46,685 bases of DNA from an uncultured Candidatus Peribacteria bacterium. GTDB lineage: Bacteria; Patescibacteriota; Gracilibacteria; UBA4473. The notes under the pieces were generated by a model. It was given only the letters and a program-made list of their open reading frames with translations. It did no database searches and was not told the origin of the DNA. Position 1 is the stretch's first letter; each line of letters begins with the position of its first letter. This document shows positions 7,225 through 16,768 of this stretch, piece by piece. The stretch covers positions 1-46,685 of the forward strand of contig CAYWLU010000002.1 in assembly GCA_964459435.1 (NCBI GenBank), given 5' to 3'. The position numbers were made by a program, and so were the translations under genes.

Positions 7225-7743
7225 TCACTTTTCCAAAAAATACTCATGAATTCTAATTTCGCCAACTAATTCTGGATGAAAACTACATACTAAAAAATTA
7301 TCTTGTTCCACTAATACTGGTTCATCATTAAAACTTGCTAAAACAATACCCGTTTTACCAACCTTAAATTTAGGAGCTCGGATAAAAATCCCTTTAAGTT
7401 CTGAAAACATTTCCGATTCCAATTCAGCTTCAAAAGAATCTTTTTGAGCCCCATAACCATTTCTATCTACTTCAATATCCATCCCTAACTTGGCACATAA
7501 TATTGACCCAGCACAAGTACCAAAAACTTTTAGTCCCTTTATACTCTTTTCTAATTCTTCCCACATTCCAGACTTCTTAAGTAGTTTTTCTATAGTGGTA
7601 CTTTCTCCTCCGGGAATTATCAAATGCGTTAGATTTATTAAATCTTGTTTTGTTTTTACTAAAATAAATTCTTGTTTTAGTTTTTGCAGAACAACTTCGT
7701 GTTCTGAAAAGGAACCTTGTAGCGCTAAAATACCTACTTTCAT
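7225..7743 (-). CDS. pdxT: PLP synthase glutaminase subunit PdxT
   Basis: GILALQG, PGGESTT, GTCAG, FIRAP, FHPEL motifs. Confidence 0.95.
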   Translation of the reverse strand: MKVGILALQGSFSEHEVVLQKLKQEFILVKTKQDLINLTHLIIPGGESTTIEKLLKKSGMWEELEKSIKGLKVFGTCAGSILCAKLGMDIEVDRNGYGAQKDSFEAELESEMFSELKGIFIRAPKFKVGKTGIVLASFNDEPVLVEQDNFLVCSFHPELVGEIRIHEYFLEK

Positions 7744-7753
7744 CGTAATATAA

Positions 7754-8617
7754 TCAACGACCAGCAAATTCTGTTTCTAAATCTTCCATTTCCATTCCCT
7801 CCATTGCCTCTCCTATATTTTTCGAAACTTTTGCCAATAGTTCTGGATCTTTGAAATGAGTAGTTGCTTCCACGATGGCTCTAGCCATCTGTTTAGGATT
7901 CTCTGCCCCAAATATCCCCGAACCAACAAAAACTCCTTCTACTCCTAATTGCATCATTAAGGCGGCATCTGCTGGAGTAGCCACTCCTCCAGCAGCAAAA
8001 TTAACCACTGGTAACTTCTTTTTATTAAAAACCATGCGAACAAGTCTCTTGTCTACACCGAACTCTTTGGCTTTCCCTTCTAAATTAGAACTAGTTAGTT
8101 CTCCTATTTCTCTGTTAATACATCTTATATGTCGCACTGCTTCTACAATATTACCAGTACCTGCTTCGCCTTTAGTTCTAATCATAGCCGCTCCTTCTGC
8201 AATTCTCCGTAACGCTTCTCCTAAATTTCTCGCTCCACAAATAAAAGGAAGTTTGAACTCATTTTTATCTATATGATTTTCTTCGTCTGCCGGAGTAAGT
8301 ACTTCAGATTCATCTATAAAATCAATATCTAGCACTTCTAGAATTTGTGCCTCCACAAAATGACCAATCCGCACCTTCGCCATAACAGGAATAGAAACTG
8401 CTCGCTTAATCTCTCTAACCATTGAAGGATCTGACATCCGAGCCACTTTTTTATCTTTGCGAATAAGAAAAGGAATCCTTTCTAAAGCCATAACAGCCAC
8501 CGCACCAGCTTCTTCTGCAATTTTAGCCTGCTCTACATTCATAACATCCATAATAACTCCCCCCTTGAGCATTTGAGCAAGTCCAGATTTAAGAAGAAAA
8601 GTATTTTTTTGTACCAT
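7754..8617 (-). CDS. pdxS: PLP synthase subunit PdxS
   Basis: [43 protein letters not shown]. Confidence 0.97.
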   Translation of the reverse strand: MVQKNTFLLKSGLAQMLKGGVIMDVMNVEQAKIAEEAGAVAVMALERIPFLIRKDKKVARMSDPSMVREIKRAVSIPVMAKVRIGHFVEAQILEVLDIDFIDESEVLTPADEENHIDKNEFKLPFICGARNLGEALRRIAEGAAMIRTKGEAGTGNIVEAVRHIRCINREIGELTSSNLEGKAKEFGVDKRLVRMVFNKKKLPVVNFAAGGVATPADAALMMQLGVEGVFVGSGIFGAENPKQMARAIVEATTHFKDPELLAKVSKNIGEAMEGMEMEDLETEFAGR

Positions 8618-8664
8618 GTGAAAAGATTCTAAATATTTTTTCAAAAAAATCGATTCTAATTTCT

Positions 8665-8697
8665 AACCCGGGTTCAAAATTTCCTAGAACCCGGGTT
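8665..8697. repeat. AACCCGGGTT double palindrome / hairpin
   Basis: AACCCGGGTTC...GAACCCGGGTT between the transporter gene and pdxS. Confidence 0.6.
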
Positions 8698-8701
8698 GAA
8701 A

Positions 8702-10285
8702 TTAATTTCCCATTATTTCATTTTTTCTACTTGGAATCGGTGCTTCGTCAGAAATATCTTCTACTACTTCTACTTGAGATATTTTTGGAGTTTTCTTTAA
8801 GAAAAATAAAATTGCTAAAAATGGGATAACAAAAGAAAGAACAAGTCTGCAAATCATCAGAATCCCCAGATCCTCATAATTTTGAGATACCAAAACTTTC
8901 CCTGTTTCGTCTAATACTTCCCGAGTAATAACAAAAATACGATTCAAATATTTGGTTAATAAATTACCCGCTGTTAAAGCTAAATTCATTAATGATGCCC
9001 CAATCGCAAACCAAGTTCCTCTATATCCTGCAGGAGCATAAAAAGCGATAAGCGCCAAAAGTGGCACCATTGAAATATGAGCCAGTGGACTACCTAAGGC
9101 TGTATCAAAAAGAGCGATAGTTTTAGCCTCAAATCCTAAAAACTCATGTATTCGATAAAAAAGTCCTAATTCTGGTAAAGACATTATGCTACCAAAAAAG
9201 ACTAGAAAAATAAGAACTGACCGAACTGGACGATTGGCAATAAAATCTGAGAAAAACCATAACACTAATAATGCCACCCCAGCTCCAATTTGAGCCAATA
9301 TTCCAAAGAAAGCTTGGTTAAAACCCAGGACATCTATCGTCCACCAATTAAGTCCTGGTCCTACTCCCATCAGAGCCGTTGCCCGATAAAGAAATAGGGC
9401 AATCATGGTAAAAAGTAAAACTCTAAACCTTGCTTTGGGAATATCTCTAGTAACCAAGTAAAGCATGCCAGAAAGCAATACCAAAGACACTCCAAACACA
9501 ATTTCCTGAGAGAAGGGATGATTAATTACCGCCATGACCACGGAAAATACTGCAAAAGTTAATCCCCCACCTAAAATTTTTAAATTCACTGGTTTTCTTT
9601 CGTGTTCTTCTACTTTTTCTAACCTAACAAACAGAACTCCAATACAAGAGATAACTGGAATAATCATAGTCGCCCAAAAAATAGCTTCATATGAAAAGTT
9701 CGTAGCCAACCATCCCCCAAGTCCAGCTACTAAAAATATAGCTAAGCTTAGCGCTAATCTTCCAAGTACTTGTACCATAGCTAAATCCCCTTGAACTGAT
9801 TTCTCGGTTCTTTCTACCACTTCTGTACTCATTGTGTCCGCGGTTACATCTTGAATAACAAATCCAAAAGTAGTAAAAACCGCCGAAAGTAAATAAATCG
9901 TATATTCACTTCCTATCCACATAATCCATTCATATCTACCAGCTAAACCTGCCAGCAAAACAGCACCAATCATCATAAATATTGCTCCCAAAAAGATATA
10001 TCCTTTACGATTAGAACCAAATAAAGGCACCGAATCCACCATCTGACCAAAAACCATTTTCAATGTCCATGGAATCATAATCCATACTGAAATAGAAATT
10101 AATTGCTCTGTAGATAATGAAAGACTTTCTTTTTCCCAGAAAGAAAGAGCAATCGCACTGAACCCAGAAAGACCGTAAGAAAAATAAACAAGTAAGAGCG
10201 GAATATATCTTTTCTTAAGAGCCCTAACAGGAGTCAGTAACGCTTTATTTATCTGAAAGAGAAACCAATTTTTGTTTTTATTCAT
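8702..10285 (-). CDS. MFS transporter, BT1 (folate-biopterin transporter-like) family
   Basis: About 12 TM segments; PWTLKMVFGQMVDSVPLFGSNRKGY and QDVTAD motifs. Confidence 0.75.
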   Translation of the reverse strand: MNKNKNWFLFQINKALLTPVRALKKRYIPLLLVYFSYGLSGFSAIALSFWEKESLSLSTEQLISISVWIMIPWTLKMVFGQMVDSVPLFGSNRKGYIFLGAIFMMIGAVLLAGLAGRYEWIMWIGSEYTIYLLSAVFTTFGFVIQDVTADTMSTEVVERTEKSVQGDLAMVQVLGRLALSLAIFLVAGLGGWLATNFSYEAIFWATMIIPVISCIGVLFVRLEKVEEHERKPVNLKILGGGLTFAVFSVVMAVINHPFSQEIVFGVSLVLLSGMLYLVTRDIPKARFRVLLFTMIALFLYRATALMGVGPGLNWWTIDVLGFNQAFFGILAQIGAGVALLVLWFFSDFIANRPVRSVLIFLVFFGSIMSLPELGLFYRIHEFLGFEAKTIALFDTALGSPLAHISMVPLLALIAFYAPAGYRGTWFAIGASLMNLALTAGNLLTKYLNRIFVITREVLDETGKVLVSQNYEDLGILMICRLVLSFVIPFLAILFFLKKTPKISQVEVVEDISDEAPIPSRKNEIMGN

Positions 10286-10334
10286 AAAAATCTTATTTCA
10301 CTCTAAGAAAACAAGGAATTAAAATCAATGAGTA

Positions 10335-10350
10335 TTATATTATAATATAA
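10335..10350. repeat. TTATATTATAATATAA palindrome (exact)
   Basis: Exact 16-mer, 7 nt past the stop of the FtsL-like gene. Confidence 0.85.
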
Positions 10351-10357
10351 TATAATA

Positions 10358-10711
10358 CTACTCATTAATCATCGCCACCTTTCCCTCTTTAACATACAAA
10401 TAACCTCTTTCTTCTGTTTTTTCCATTTCCTGCACCTGTTCTGAACTCTGTAAGGCATAAAGACTTAATGGTATTGCTAAAGCAATATCCCATTTCTCCG
10501 TTTGTTTTTGGATAATAATTCTTTCGGTCTTTAATTCCTCTAAAGCAAATCCCTTGGTCCCCAAAGAATTAAGAAGCATTAAGTGGAAAAATCCTAACAT
10601 TAAAGCAAGTAAAATTCCGCCTCTAATAATCCAAATAAAATAGTAACTAGTTTTTGTTCCAGTCTGAGACCTTCTGTTATTTTCTAAAGATGAATGATGA
10701 ATAATATTCAT
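10358..10711 (-). CDS. Single-TM membrane protein, FtsL-like by position
   Basis: One TM helix then coiled-coil-like segment; ATGA overlap with rsmH stop. Confidence 0.6.
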   Translation of the reverse strand: MNIIHHSSLENNRRSQTGTKTSYYFIWIIRGGILLALMLGFFHLMLLNSLGTKGFALEELKTERIIIQKQTEKWDIALAIPLSLYALQSSEQVQEMEKTEERGYLYVKEGKVAMINE

Positions 10712-11640
10712 ATTTTTTCTAAAATACGGAACTTCGCACTTCGAGAACGAGGATTATTTACAATCTCTTCTTTTGTTGGAACAATTGGTTTCCGATTCAA
10801 AAGCTGAAATCTTGCTGGTGCAATCTCAGTATGCAGTGATTTTTCTGTCTCAACCGTTTCTGGCTTGGAATTAAGTATAAAAAGCTTTTTTACAATTCGA
10901 TCTTCTAAAGAATGATAAGAAATAACTCCCAAACGATCCCCTTCTTTCATAATCTCTAAAGCCGATTCTACTGTTTTTTGTAAAACATTTAACTCGTCAT
11001 TAACTGCGATTCGAAAAGCCTGAAAAACCCTCATTAAAGATTTTTTTGTGTCTTTAGGATGACTTCCTGCTTCCGCTACAGAACGAAGATCAAAAGTAGT
11101 TTTAAATTCTTTTTCTTCTCTATATTCCAAAATCTTACTAACAATTTTTTGAGTGTGAGGCTCTTCTCCATATTCCTGTAATATTTTTATAAGTTCCTCT
11201 TTTGAAGCTTTATTTAAAATATCAGCACAAGCATTCTTTTTCTTAGAATCAAAAGCCATACAAAGTGGTCCATCTTCTTTAAAACTAAACCCCCTCTCTA
11301 CATCATCAACATGATGAGAACAAAGCCCTAGATCCAATAAAATAACTAATGGTCTTTTTGTTTTTTCATTTAAAAGCTCTTTTAGTTGAGCAAAATTCTG
11401 ATGATAAAAATAAGTCTTGTCTTTCCATTCTCCAAGTCTCTTTTTAGCAAACTCCAAATGTTCAGTATCTAAATCACAAGCAATGTAAGTCGTAACTTGG
11501 GGGAATTCCTGCAAAATTACTTCAGCATGTCCCCCCAAACCCACAGTACCATCAAAAACAGTTTCAACCTCTTTAAATAGAAGCAATGCTAAAATTTCTT
11601 TTTTGAGGACAGGCTCGTGAAACAAGTTATTTTGGGTCAT
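10708..11640 (-). CDS. rsmH: 16S rRNA m4C1402 methyltransferase RsmH
   Basis: HEPVL, DGTVGLGGHA, LDLGLCS, ISYHSLEDRIVK, NPRSRSAKFR. Confidence 0.96.
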   Translation of the reverse strand: MTQNNLFHEPVLKKEILALLLFKEVETVFDGTVGLGGHAEVILQEFPQVTTYIACDLDTEHLEFAKKRLGEWKDKTYFYHQNFAQLKELLNEKTKRPLVILLDLGLCSHHVDDVERGFSFKEDGPLCMAFDSKKKNACADILNKASKEELIKILQEYGEEPHTQKIVSKILEYREEKEFKTTFDLRSVAEAGSHPKDTKKSLMRVFQAFRIAVNDELNVLQKTVESALEIMKEGDRLGVISYHSLEDRIVKKLFILNSKPETVETEKSLHTEIAPARFQLLNRKPIVPTKEEIVNNPRSRSAKFRILEKI

Positions 11641-11830
11641 TTTTTGTTCTCTTTTTGTGTAAATGTGCAAAAGTTGTGTGCAATTAGTGGAAAAAGACCA
11701 ATCCCAGCTATTATACTTTATAAGCACACAACATCCCCCTTTTGAATAATTTTAGAACAAAAATTGTGTTTGCACAATGTTTTTTTATAGTTTTAGATTG
11801 ACCTTGGGGTTTTTCTGTTTTCTTTTTTTG

Positions 11831-11938
11831 TTCACCCCGCACCTTTTTTATATTAACCTCTAATTTAAATCATGCCCGCATTAACAATGCAAACACAAAT
11901 TAATACTCAAGAATTACATAAAAAAGGTGCGGGGTGAA
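11831..11938. mobile_element. 108-bp MITE-like element with 21-bp perfect terminal inverted repeats
   Basis: TTCACCCCGCACCTTTTTTAT ... ATAAAAAAGGTGCGGGGTGAA. Confidence 0.7.
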
Positions 11939-11992
11939 TCTTTTCTACTTAATTCTCTTTCCAAAAAAAAAATTCGTACTAGAATACCGCCA

Positions 11993-12478
11993 ATGCTTGG
12001 TCCGTATTACCTCACCTTCCTCTGGTCAATAGCTCCTTTTTTAGAGCTTAGAGCCTCTATCCCATTGGGACATTTGCGTTTTGGTTTATCTATTTATGAA
12101 GCCACTGCCATTTCTATTGTTGGAAGTATTTTAACGGCTGCTGTTTTACTTCTTTTGTTACCTACTATCGTTCGACTAGCAGAAAGATTTATTCCCGCCT
12201 TTCATCGTTTTATGCTTAAAATCTTTGAAAAAACTAGAACCCGTCATTCTAAAAAAATAGCTGTTATTGGTGAAATCGCTTTAATTACTTTTGTTGCTAT
12301 TCCACTTCCTGGAAGCGGTGCATGGACAGGTGTTCTTATTTCATATCTTTTCGGAATTCCCTACAAAAAAGCTCTTCTTTTTGTTGGAACAGGAGTTTTA
12401 ATTAGTGGAATAATTGTTGCCATACTCACCCTTTTCGGACAAGGTCTTTGGGAAATTTTCACCGAACGCGTTGTTTAA
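11993..12478 (+). CDS. COG2426 small multi-drug export family membrane protein
   Basis: PFLELRASIP and FVAIPLPGSGAWTG motifs. Confidence 0.88.
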   Translation: MLGPYYLTFLWSIAPFLELRASIPLGHLRFGLSIYEATAISIVGSILTAAVLLLLLPTIVRLAERFIPAFHRFMLKIFEKTRTRHSKKIAVIGEIALITFVAIPLPGSGAWTGVLISYLFGIPYKKALLFVGTGVLISGIIVAILTLFGQGLWEIFTERVV

Positions 12479-12974
12479 TTCCTTCTTTCGTAAAATCCCA
12501 TATTTCCGAAGCTTCCTTTTTTTCTAGTACCTCAATCCCTGAAAAAATTTTCACCTGATCTCCAAAAATTTCAGTTACTTTATAGCTATCAAAAACAGGT
12601 TCTTGTCCCGTTAGATTCGCAGAAGTCGCAGTAATGGGGTAGTCTATCTGTTCTGATACTTCTGGAATTGTAGCCACCCTAAAGGCTACGCTCTGTTTTG
12701 GCCAAAACTTGGATACTGGAAGCAAAAAAGTTGGTTTAAGTATTGCTGTCCTAGGTTCTTCCATAAAAAAATCTGCCTGAAACCCCACTGGTACTTCCGC
12801 AAATTCTTTAAGCATCTCTAAATCTCTAACCATCAAAGAAAAATACTGTTTAGATGTCCTTCCTTTTAAAATAGCTAATCTTTCTAGAGTTCCTTCATCA
12901 TCTGCCCGCACCCCTAGTCCAAAACTAGTGTCTGTCGGATATGCCCAAATTTCCCCTTTAGAAAATATTTTCAT
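12459..12974 (-). CDS. tsaC: Sua5/YrdC threonylcarbamoyl-AMP synthase
   Basis: YPTDTSFGLG, LKGR, TATSANLTG. Confidence 0.85.
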   Translation of the reverse strand: MKIFSKGEIWAYPTDTSFGLGVRADDEGTLERLAILKGRTSKQYFSLMVRDLEMLKEFAEVPVGFQADFFMEEPRTAILKPTFLLPVSKFWPKQSVAFRVATIPEVSEQIDYPITATSANLTGQEPVFDSYKVTEIFGDQVKIFSGIEVLEKKEASEIWDFTKEGIKQRVR

Positions 12975-13063
12975 ATTGAGAAAGTATCATAAAAACAGTT
13001 CTCTTTGAAATACTTTTATTTTTAAGGAAAAACATTATTTTTAGGAAAGTAAAAATTCCATAC

Positions 13064-13921
13064 ATGCCAGAACTACCAGAAATCGAGACCATTAAAAATG
13101 ATTTAAATCAAAAAATCTTGAACAAAAAAATTGTTCAAATAGATATTCGTTTACCGAAAATTGTCAAGAGTCCTCTCTCTAGATTCAAAACAACTCTTAA
13201 AAACCAAACCTTCAAAAGAGTAGGTCGTCGTGGCAAATTAATGATTTTAGAAATTAATAATGATTTATTTTTGCTAATTCATCTAAGGATGACCGGCCAA
13301 TTAATCTACCAGGAAAAAAATGGAATTATTGCTGGTGGTCACAGTGACGCAAAACTAGATTTTAATTTACCTGGTAAACATACTCATCTTTTCTTCACCT
13401 TTGATGACAAAAGTCAGTTATTCTTTAACGATCTCCGCCAGTTTGGCTACGCACAACTCGTTAATAAAAAAGAATTAGCCCCTATTCTTCTTAAATTCGG
13501 AGTAGAGCCTTTGGAGAAAGAATTCACCCTTAACAAACTCCAAGAACTTCTAAAAAACAAAAAAAGAAACATTAAGGCTTTTCTCTTAGACCAAAGCATA
13601 ATTGCTGGTATTGGTAATATTTACGCCGATGAAATCCTTTTTGCATCTAGCGTGTCACCTCTTCGTCGCACCGACACCTTAACTGCAAAAGAGATTTCTA
13701 ACATTCACACCAACACGAAAAAAATTCTCCAGAAAGCTATTAAGTATCGAGGCACAACTTTTAACAACTATGTAGATTCTGAAGGCAAAAAAGGATCTTT
13801 CCTAAATTTCCTCCAAGTTTACCAAAGAGCGAATAAACCTTGTTTAAAATGCAAAAACCTAATCCAAAAAACTAAAGTTGCGGGAAGAGGCACAAGTTTT
13901 TGTCAGAAATGCCAATTTTAA
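13064..13921 (+). CDS. mutM: Formamidopyrimidine-DNA glycosylase
   Basis: MPELPE start, RRGK, HLRMTG, GIGNIYADE, C-terminal zinc finger. Confidence 0.97.
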   Translation: MPELPEIETIKNDLNQKILNKKIVQIDIRLPKIVKSPLSRFKTTLKNQTFKRVGRRGKLMILEINNDLFLLIHLRMTGQLIYQEKNGIIAGGHSDAKLDFNLPGKHTHLFFTFDDKSQLFFNDLRQFGYAQLVNKKELAPILLKFGVEPLEKEFTLNKLQELLKNKKRNIKAFLLDQSIIAGIGNIYADEILFASSVSPLRRTDTLTAKEISNIHTNTKKILQKAIKYRGTTFNNYVDSEGKKGSFLNFLQVYQRANKPCLKCKNLIQKTKVAGRGTSFCQKCQF

Positions 13922-13945
13922 ATCCGAGTTCAAAATATCTCCTTT

Positions 13946-13993
13946 TTCAACTTTTCCAGTTCGAACTCTAGAGTTCGAACTGGAAAAGTTGAA
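13946..13993. repeat. 48-bp perfect palindrome
   Basis: TTCAACTTTTCCAGTTCGAACTCTAGAGTTCGAACTGGAAAAGTTGAA. Confidence 0.9.
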
Positions 13994-14059
13994 GATACTG
14001 TCAATCCCCAATTCTTAGAAATACTTGAAAAGTATAATTAGATAGAATAAATTCAGGAT

Positions 14060-14941
14060 ATGAATAATACCAAAATCAATGCCAAGCTTATGGTCAAGAT
14101 TTATTTAGCCCAAAAGAGTGAAATTACGGAATTTCATGTCTATTCCAGACTAGCTAAATCAATGAAAGGCAAGAATAAAAAAATCTTACAAAAAATTGCC
14201 AACGAAGAAAACTCCCACGCTGAATTTTGGAAAAGATATTCCCAGAAAGATATTAAACCTAGTCAATGGAAAATATTTAAGTTTTTCTGGATAGCAAAAA
14301 TCTTAGGATTTACTTTTGCTATAAAACTTATGGAAAAGGGCGAAGAAGTCGCCCAAATAAACTACGAGGAAATGTCCAAAGATATCCCTGAAGCTAGAAA
14401 ATTAGTAGATGAGGAAGAAGAACATGAAAAACAATTAATTGAACTTCTTAACGAAGAACGATTAGATTACATTGGATCTATAGTCTTAGGACTAAATGAT
14501 GCTCTCGTTGAACTTACTGGAGCTTTAGCTGGCTTCACTCTTGCTTTCCAAAATACACATATTATTGCTTTGGCCGGCCTTATTACCGGTATTGCTGCCT
14601 CGTTTTCTATGGCTTCTTCCGAATACTTGTCTAACAAAGCAGACGGGCAAGAAGCAGAAAAAGCTTTTAAAGCCGCTATTTATACCGGAATAGCCTATAT
14701 TCTTACTGTTATTTTACTAGTACTTCCCTTCTTTCTTGTTCATAATTATTTGATTTGCATGGGACTTACTTTACTAATTGCTATTCTAATAATTCTCTTC
14801 TTTAATCTCTATGTCTCTATCGCTAAAGATGTTCCTTTCCGGAAAAGATTCTTAGAGATGGTTACGATTAGTATGGGAGTAGCTGGATTCTCCTTCTTTG
14901 TGGGATATCTAATCAGAGTAGTTTTTGGAATAGATATCTAA
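14060..14941 (+). CDS. Rubrerythrin-like domain plus VIT1/CCC1 iron transporter
   Basis: EENSH/EEEH di-iron motifs; GLNDALVELTGALAG and SMASSEYLS. Confidence 0.88.
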   Translation: MNNTKINAKLMVKIYLAQKSEITEFHVYSRLAKSMKGKNKKILQKIANEENSHAEFWKRYSQKDIKPSQWKIFKFFWIAKILGFTFAIKLMEKGEEVAQINYEEMSKDIPEARKLVDEEEEHEKQLIELLNEERLDYIGSIVLGLNDALVELTGALAGFTLAFQNTHIIALAGLITGIAASFSMASSEYLSNKADGQEAEKAFKAAIYTGIAYILTVILLVLPFFLVHNYLICMGLTLLIAILIILFFNLYVSIAKDVPFRKRFLEMVTISMGVAGFSFFVGYLIRVVFGIDI

Positions 14942-14950
14942 AAAACACTC

Positions 14951-14983
14951 TGGAGCTCCTGGCTGGAGGTTAATCTAACTTTT
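14951..14983. repeat. att-like 33-bp direct repeat, copy 1 (resembles tRNA-Gly 3' end)
   Basis: 31/33 identical to 15606-15638; first 17 nt 14/17 identical to 16225-16241. Confidence 0.75.
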
Positions 14984-14991
14984 CTAGAATA

Positions 14992-15258
14992 TTATTTATA
15001 AATAGAATGACGACCTATACTAATAAACAAAATATTACCATCCTCTAAAGGTTCAAAAATAATCCGATAACTTCTGTCTAAAGAAATACTCCAAAGTCCT
15101 GCCATTTTCCCTTTCAGCTTATGAAGACGAAGGGAAGGATGTAAAGGATTGTCTCTAAATAACTTTTCTGCTTTTATAGCTTTCTTTTGAATATATTTTG
15201 GAAGAGATTGAAATTGATTTACAAGGTTTTTATCTGAATGAATCTCCTGTACTTTCAT
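14992..15258 (-). CDS. RelE/YafQ-superfamily type II toxin
   Basis: NPLHPSLRLHKLKG, WSISLDRSYRIIF, IGRHSIY. Confidence 0.88.
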   Translation of the reverse strand: MKVQEIHSDKNLVNQFQSLPKYIQKKAIKAEKLFRDNPLHPSLRLHKLKGKMAGLWSISLDRSYRIIFEPLEDGNILFISIGRHSIYK

Positions 15259-15261
15259 AAG

Positions 15262-15489
15262 TTAAGTTGTTAAATCAGCTAAAGACTTAATAACTTTTGT
15301 TTTTCCTCTTTTATAATTTGATCGTGCCTTATCACGCATAACAATAATTTCTTCTTCACTAATCATATCTTTCTCTATTTCATACAAGTAAAGGAAATAA
15401 GAACTAACTGTAACTTTTTTCTTTTTAGCACGTCTCTTTATGTCAGTTACAACGTTAGTTGGGAATGAAGCGGACAGGACTTGTCTCAT
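15262..15489 (-). CDS. Cognate antitoxin, ribbon-helix-helix-like
   Basis: Small ORF just upstream of toxin; RQVLSASFP beta-strand, C-terminal GKTKVIKSLADL. Confidence 0.75.
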   Translation of the reverse strand: MRQVLSASFPTNVVTDIKRRAKKKKVTVSSYFLYLYEIEKDMISEEEIIVMRDKARSNYKRGKTKVIKSLADLTT

Positions 15490-15496
15490 AATTTTG

Positions 15497-15512
15497 TATT
15501 ACAACTGTAATA
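15497..15512. promoter_or_regulatory. Probable TA operator inverted repeat
   Basis: TATTACA-AC-TGTAATA just upstream of the antitoxin ATG. Confidence 0.55.
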
Positions 15513-15605
15513 ATTATGTCACATCTCAATAAAAAAGTAAAGAAGAAATTTTAATTCTAAATTAAAGATATCCAAAAAATGCTTTATTTATGCAGTTAAA
15601 TACCT

Positions 15606-15638
15606 TGGAGCTCCTGGATGGAGGTTAATCAAACTTTT
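15606..15638. repeat. att-like 33-bp direct repeat, copy 2
   Basis: TGGAGCTCCTGGATGGAGGTTAATCAAACTTTT. Confidence 0.75.
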
Positions 15639-15660
15639 TTGAGGGATTTTGGGGCTTGTA

Positions 15661-16170
15661 CTATTGCTTAACAGAATAGTGTAGTTCAACAACTCCATTC
15701 TTGTATTTGTTCATATCAATTAGAGATAGTACTGGCTTCGCTTCAAGTTTTTGGAACAAAGGAATTCCTTCACCAAGTAAAGTTGGCATGACAAATATCA
15801 TGAATTTATCTACCAAACCCTCATTAATAAATTCAGATAATAAAGTAGGCCCACCCACTAACCATATATTGTGATGAGTATCTTTATCCAGATTTTCTAT
15901 AAATGCACGTAGATTGCCTTTCACAAAAGTTGTTCCCGCCTCTGAATACTTTTCCGGATGCCTCGTAAAGACATAGCTATTTTTTCCTTCATATTTAGGT
16001 TTGAATTGCTGATAGGTCGTATTCCCCTGAACTACCGTATCAATACTTTTCATAAAGGAATCCATTCCATATTCCTCATCAAAATAAGGATTCAACCACA
16101 CAACGCTTTGGTCTGGTGTCGCCACAAATCCATCAAGACTTTCGGCAATATAAAGAATCACTTTTTTCAT
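15661..16170 (-). CDS. Dihydrofolate reductase / RibD C-terminal domain family protein
   Basis: YIAESLDGFVA, IWLVGG, PTLLGEGIPLF. Confidence 0.88.
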   Translation of the reverse strand: MKKVILYIAESLDGFVATPDQSVVWLNPYFDEEYGMDSFMKSIDTVVQGNTTYQQFKPKYEGKNSYVFTRHPEKYSEAGTTFVKGNLRAFIENLDKDTHHNIWLVGGPTLLSEFINEGLVDKFMIFVMPTLLGEGIPLFQKLEAKPVLSLIDMNKYKNGVVELHYSVKQ

Positions 16171-16191
16171 ATAGAAATTGTATCACAATAT

Positions 16192-16216
16192 AAAAAAACC
16201 GCACTATAAGCGGTTT
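16192..16216 (-). terminator. Intrinsic terminator downstream of tRNA-Gly
   Basis: Minus AAACCGC-TTATAGT-GCGGTTTTTTT. Confidence 0.75.
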
Positions 16217-16224
16217 AAGTATGC

Positions 16225-16300
16225 TGGAGCGCGTGGCGGGAATCGAACCCGCGTCACCAGCTTGGAAGGCTGGGGTAATAAGCCGTTATACGACACGCGC
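16225..16300 (-). tRNA. tRNA-Gly (TCC)
   Basis: 76-nt cloverleaf: GCGCGTG acceptor, anticodon arm CCAGC-CTTCCAA-GCTGG, GGTTCGATTCC T-arm, encoded CCA. Confidence 0.96.
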
Positions 16301-16536
16301 GTCGCCAGAAGACTGCATTGCCTTCGTGAATTGCTACGCAATCAACTCAGCTTATTTCGTCTTCGCTCCTTTTCACTCGTACAGAGATCTTCACACTCAT
16401 TTACAAAATTTCTCGCTACACTCGAAATTCCTATTCGTGCTCAGCTACCCTGTACTCGTGGTTTTAAAACTCAAAAGAACGAATAGATTTTAGAAAAATA
16501 TCAGAAAGGGTCAACTATTTTAATAGTATAATAAAG

Positions 16537-16750
16537 AACCCCGACCCAAGGGTACGGGGTATTAAATAAGAAAAATACTTTTCATTTCGCCCCAAGGGGC
16601 GGGGAAATGCCCTCAAAATCCTTCGACTCGCTTTCGCTCGCTCTCGTTCGAGCCTGAGCGACGAGGTCGTCAGACCTCAGAGCCGAATGGCAGGATCAAT
16701 TCTGCCAACGATTCTGATCAAATGCTTCGCATTTGTCTTCATCGGGCATC
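16537..16750. repeat. Cluster of GC-rich hairpins (IS200/IS605-end-like and REP-like remnants)
   Basis: ACCCCGACCCAAGGGTACGGGGT, CGCCCCAAGGGGCG, CCTTCGACTCGC..GCTC; no transposase. Confidence 0.45.
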
Positions 16751-16768
16751 ATTGATTATAATATACTA

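Noticed and set aside
11657-11695. MraZ-box-like GTG repeats upstream of rsmH
   Set aside because: Too degenerate, irregularly spaced, and no mraZ adjacent
16178-16493. ORFs 16178..16486 and 16221..16493
   Set aside because: Antisense translations of tRNA-Gly and adjacent repeats
16537-16750. Intact IS200/IS605 element (also the hairpin at 35770-35793)
   Set aside because: Only end-like hairpins; no tnpA or tnpB ORF
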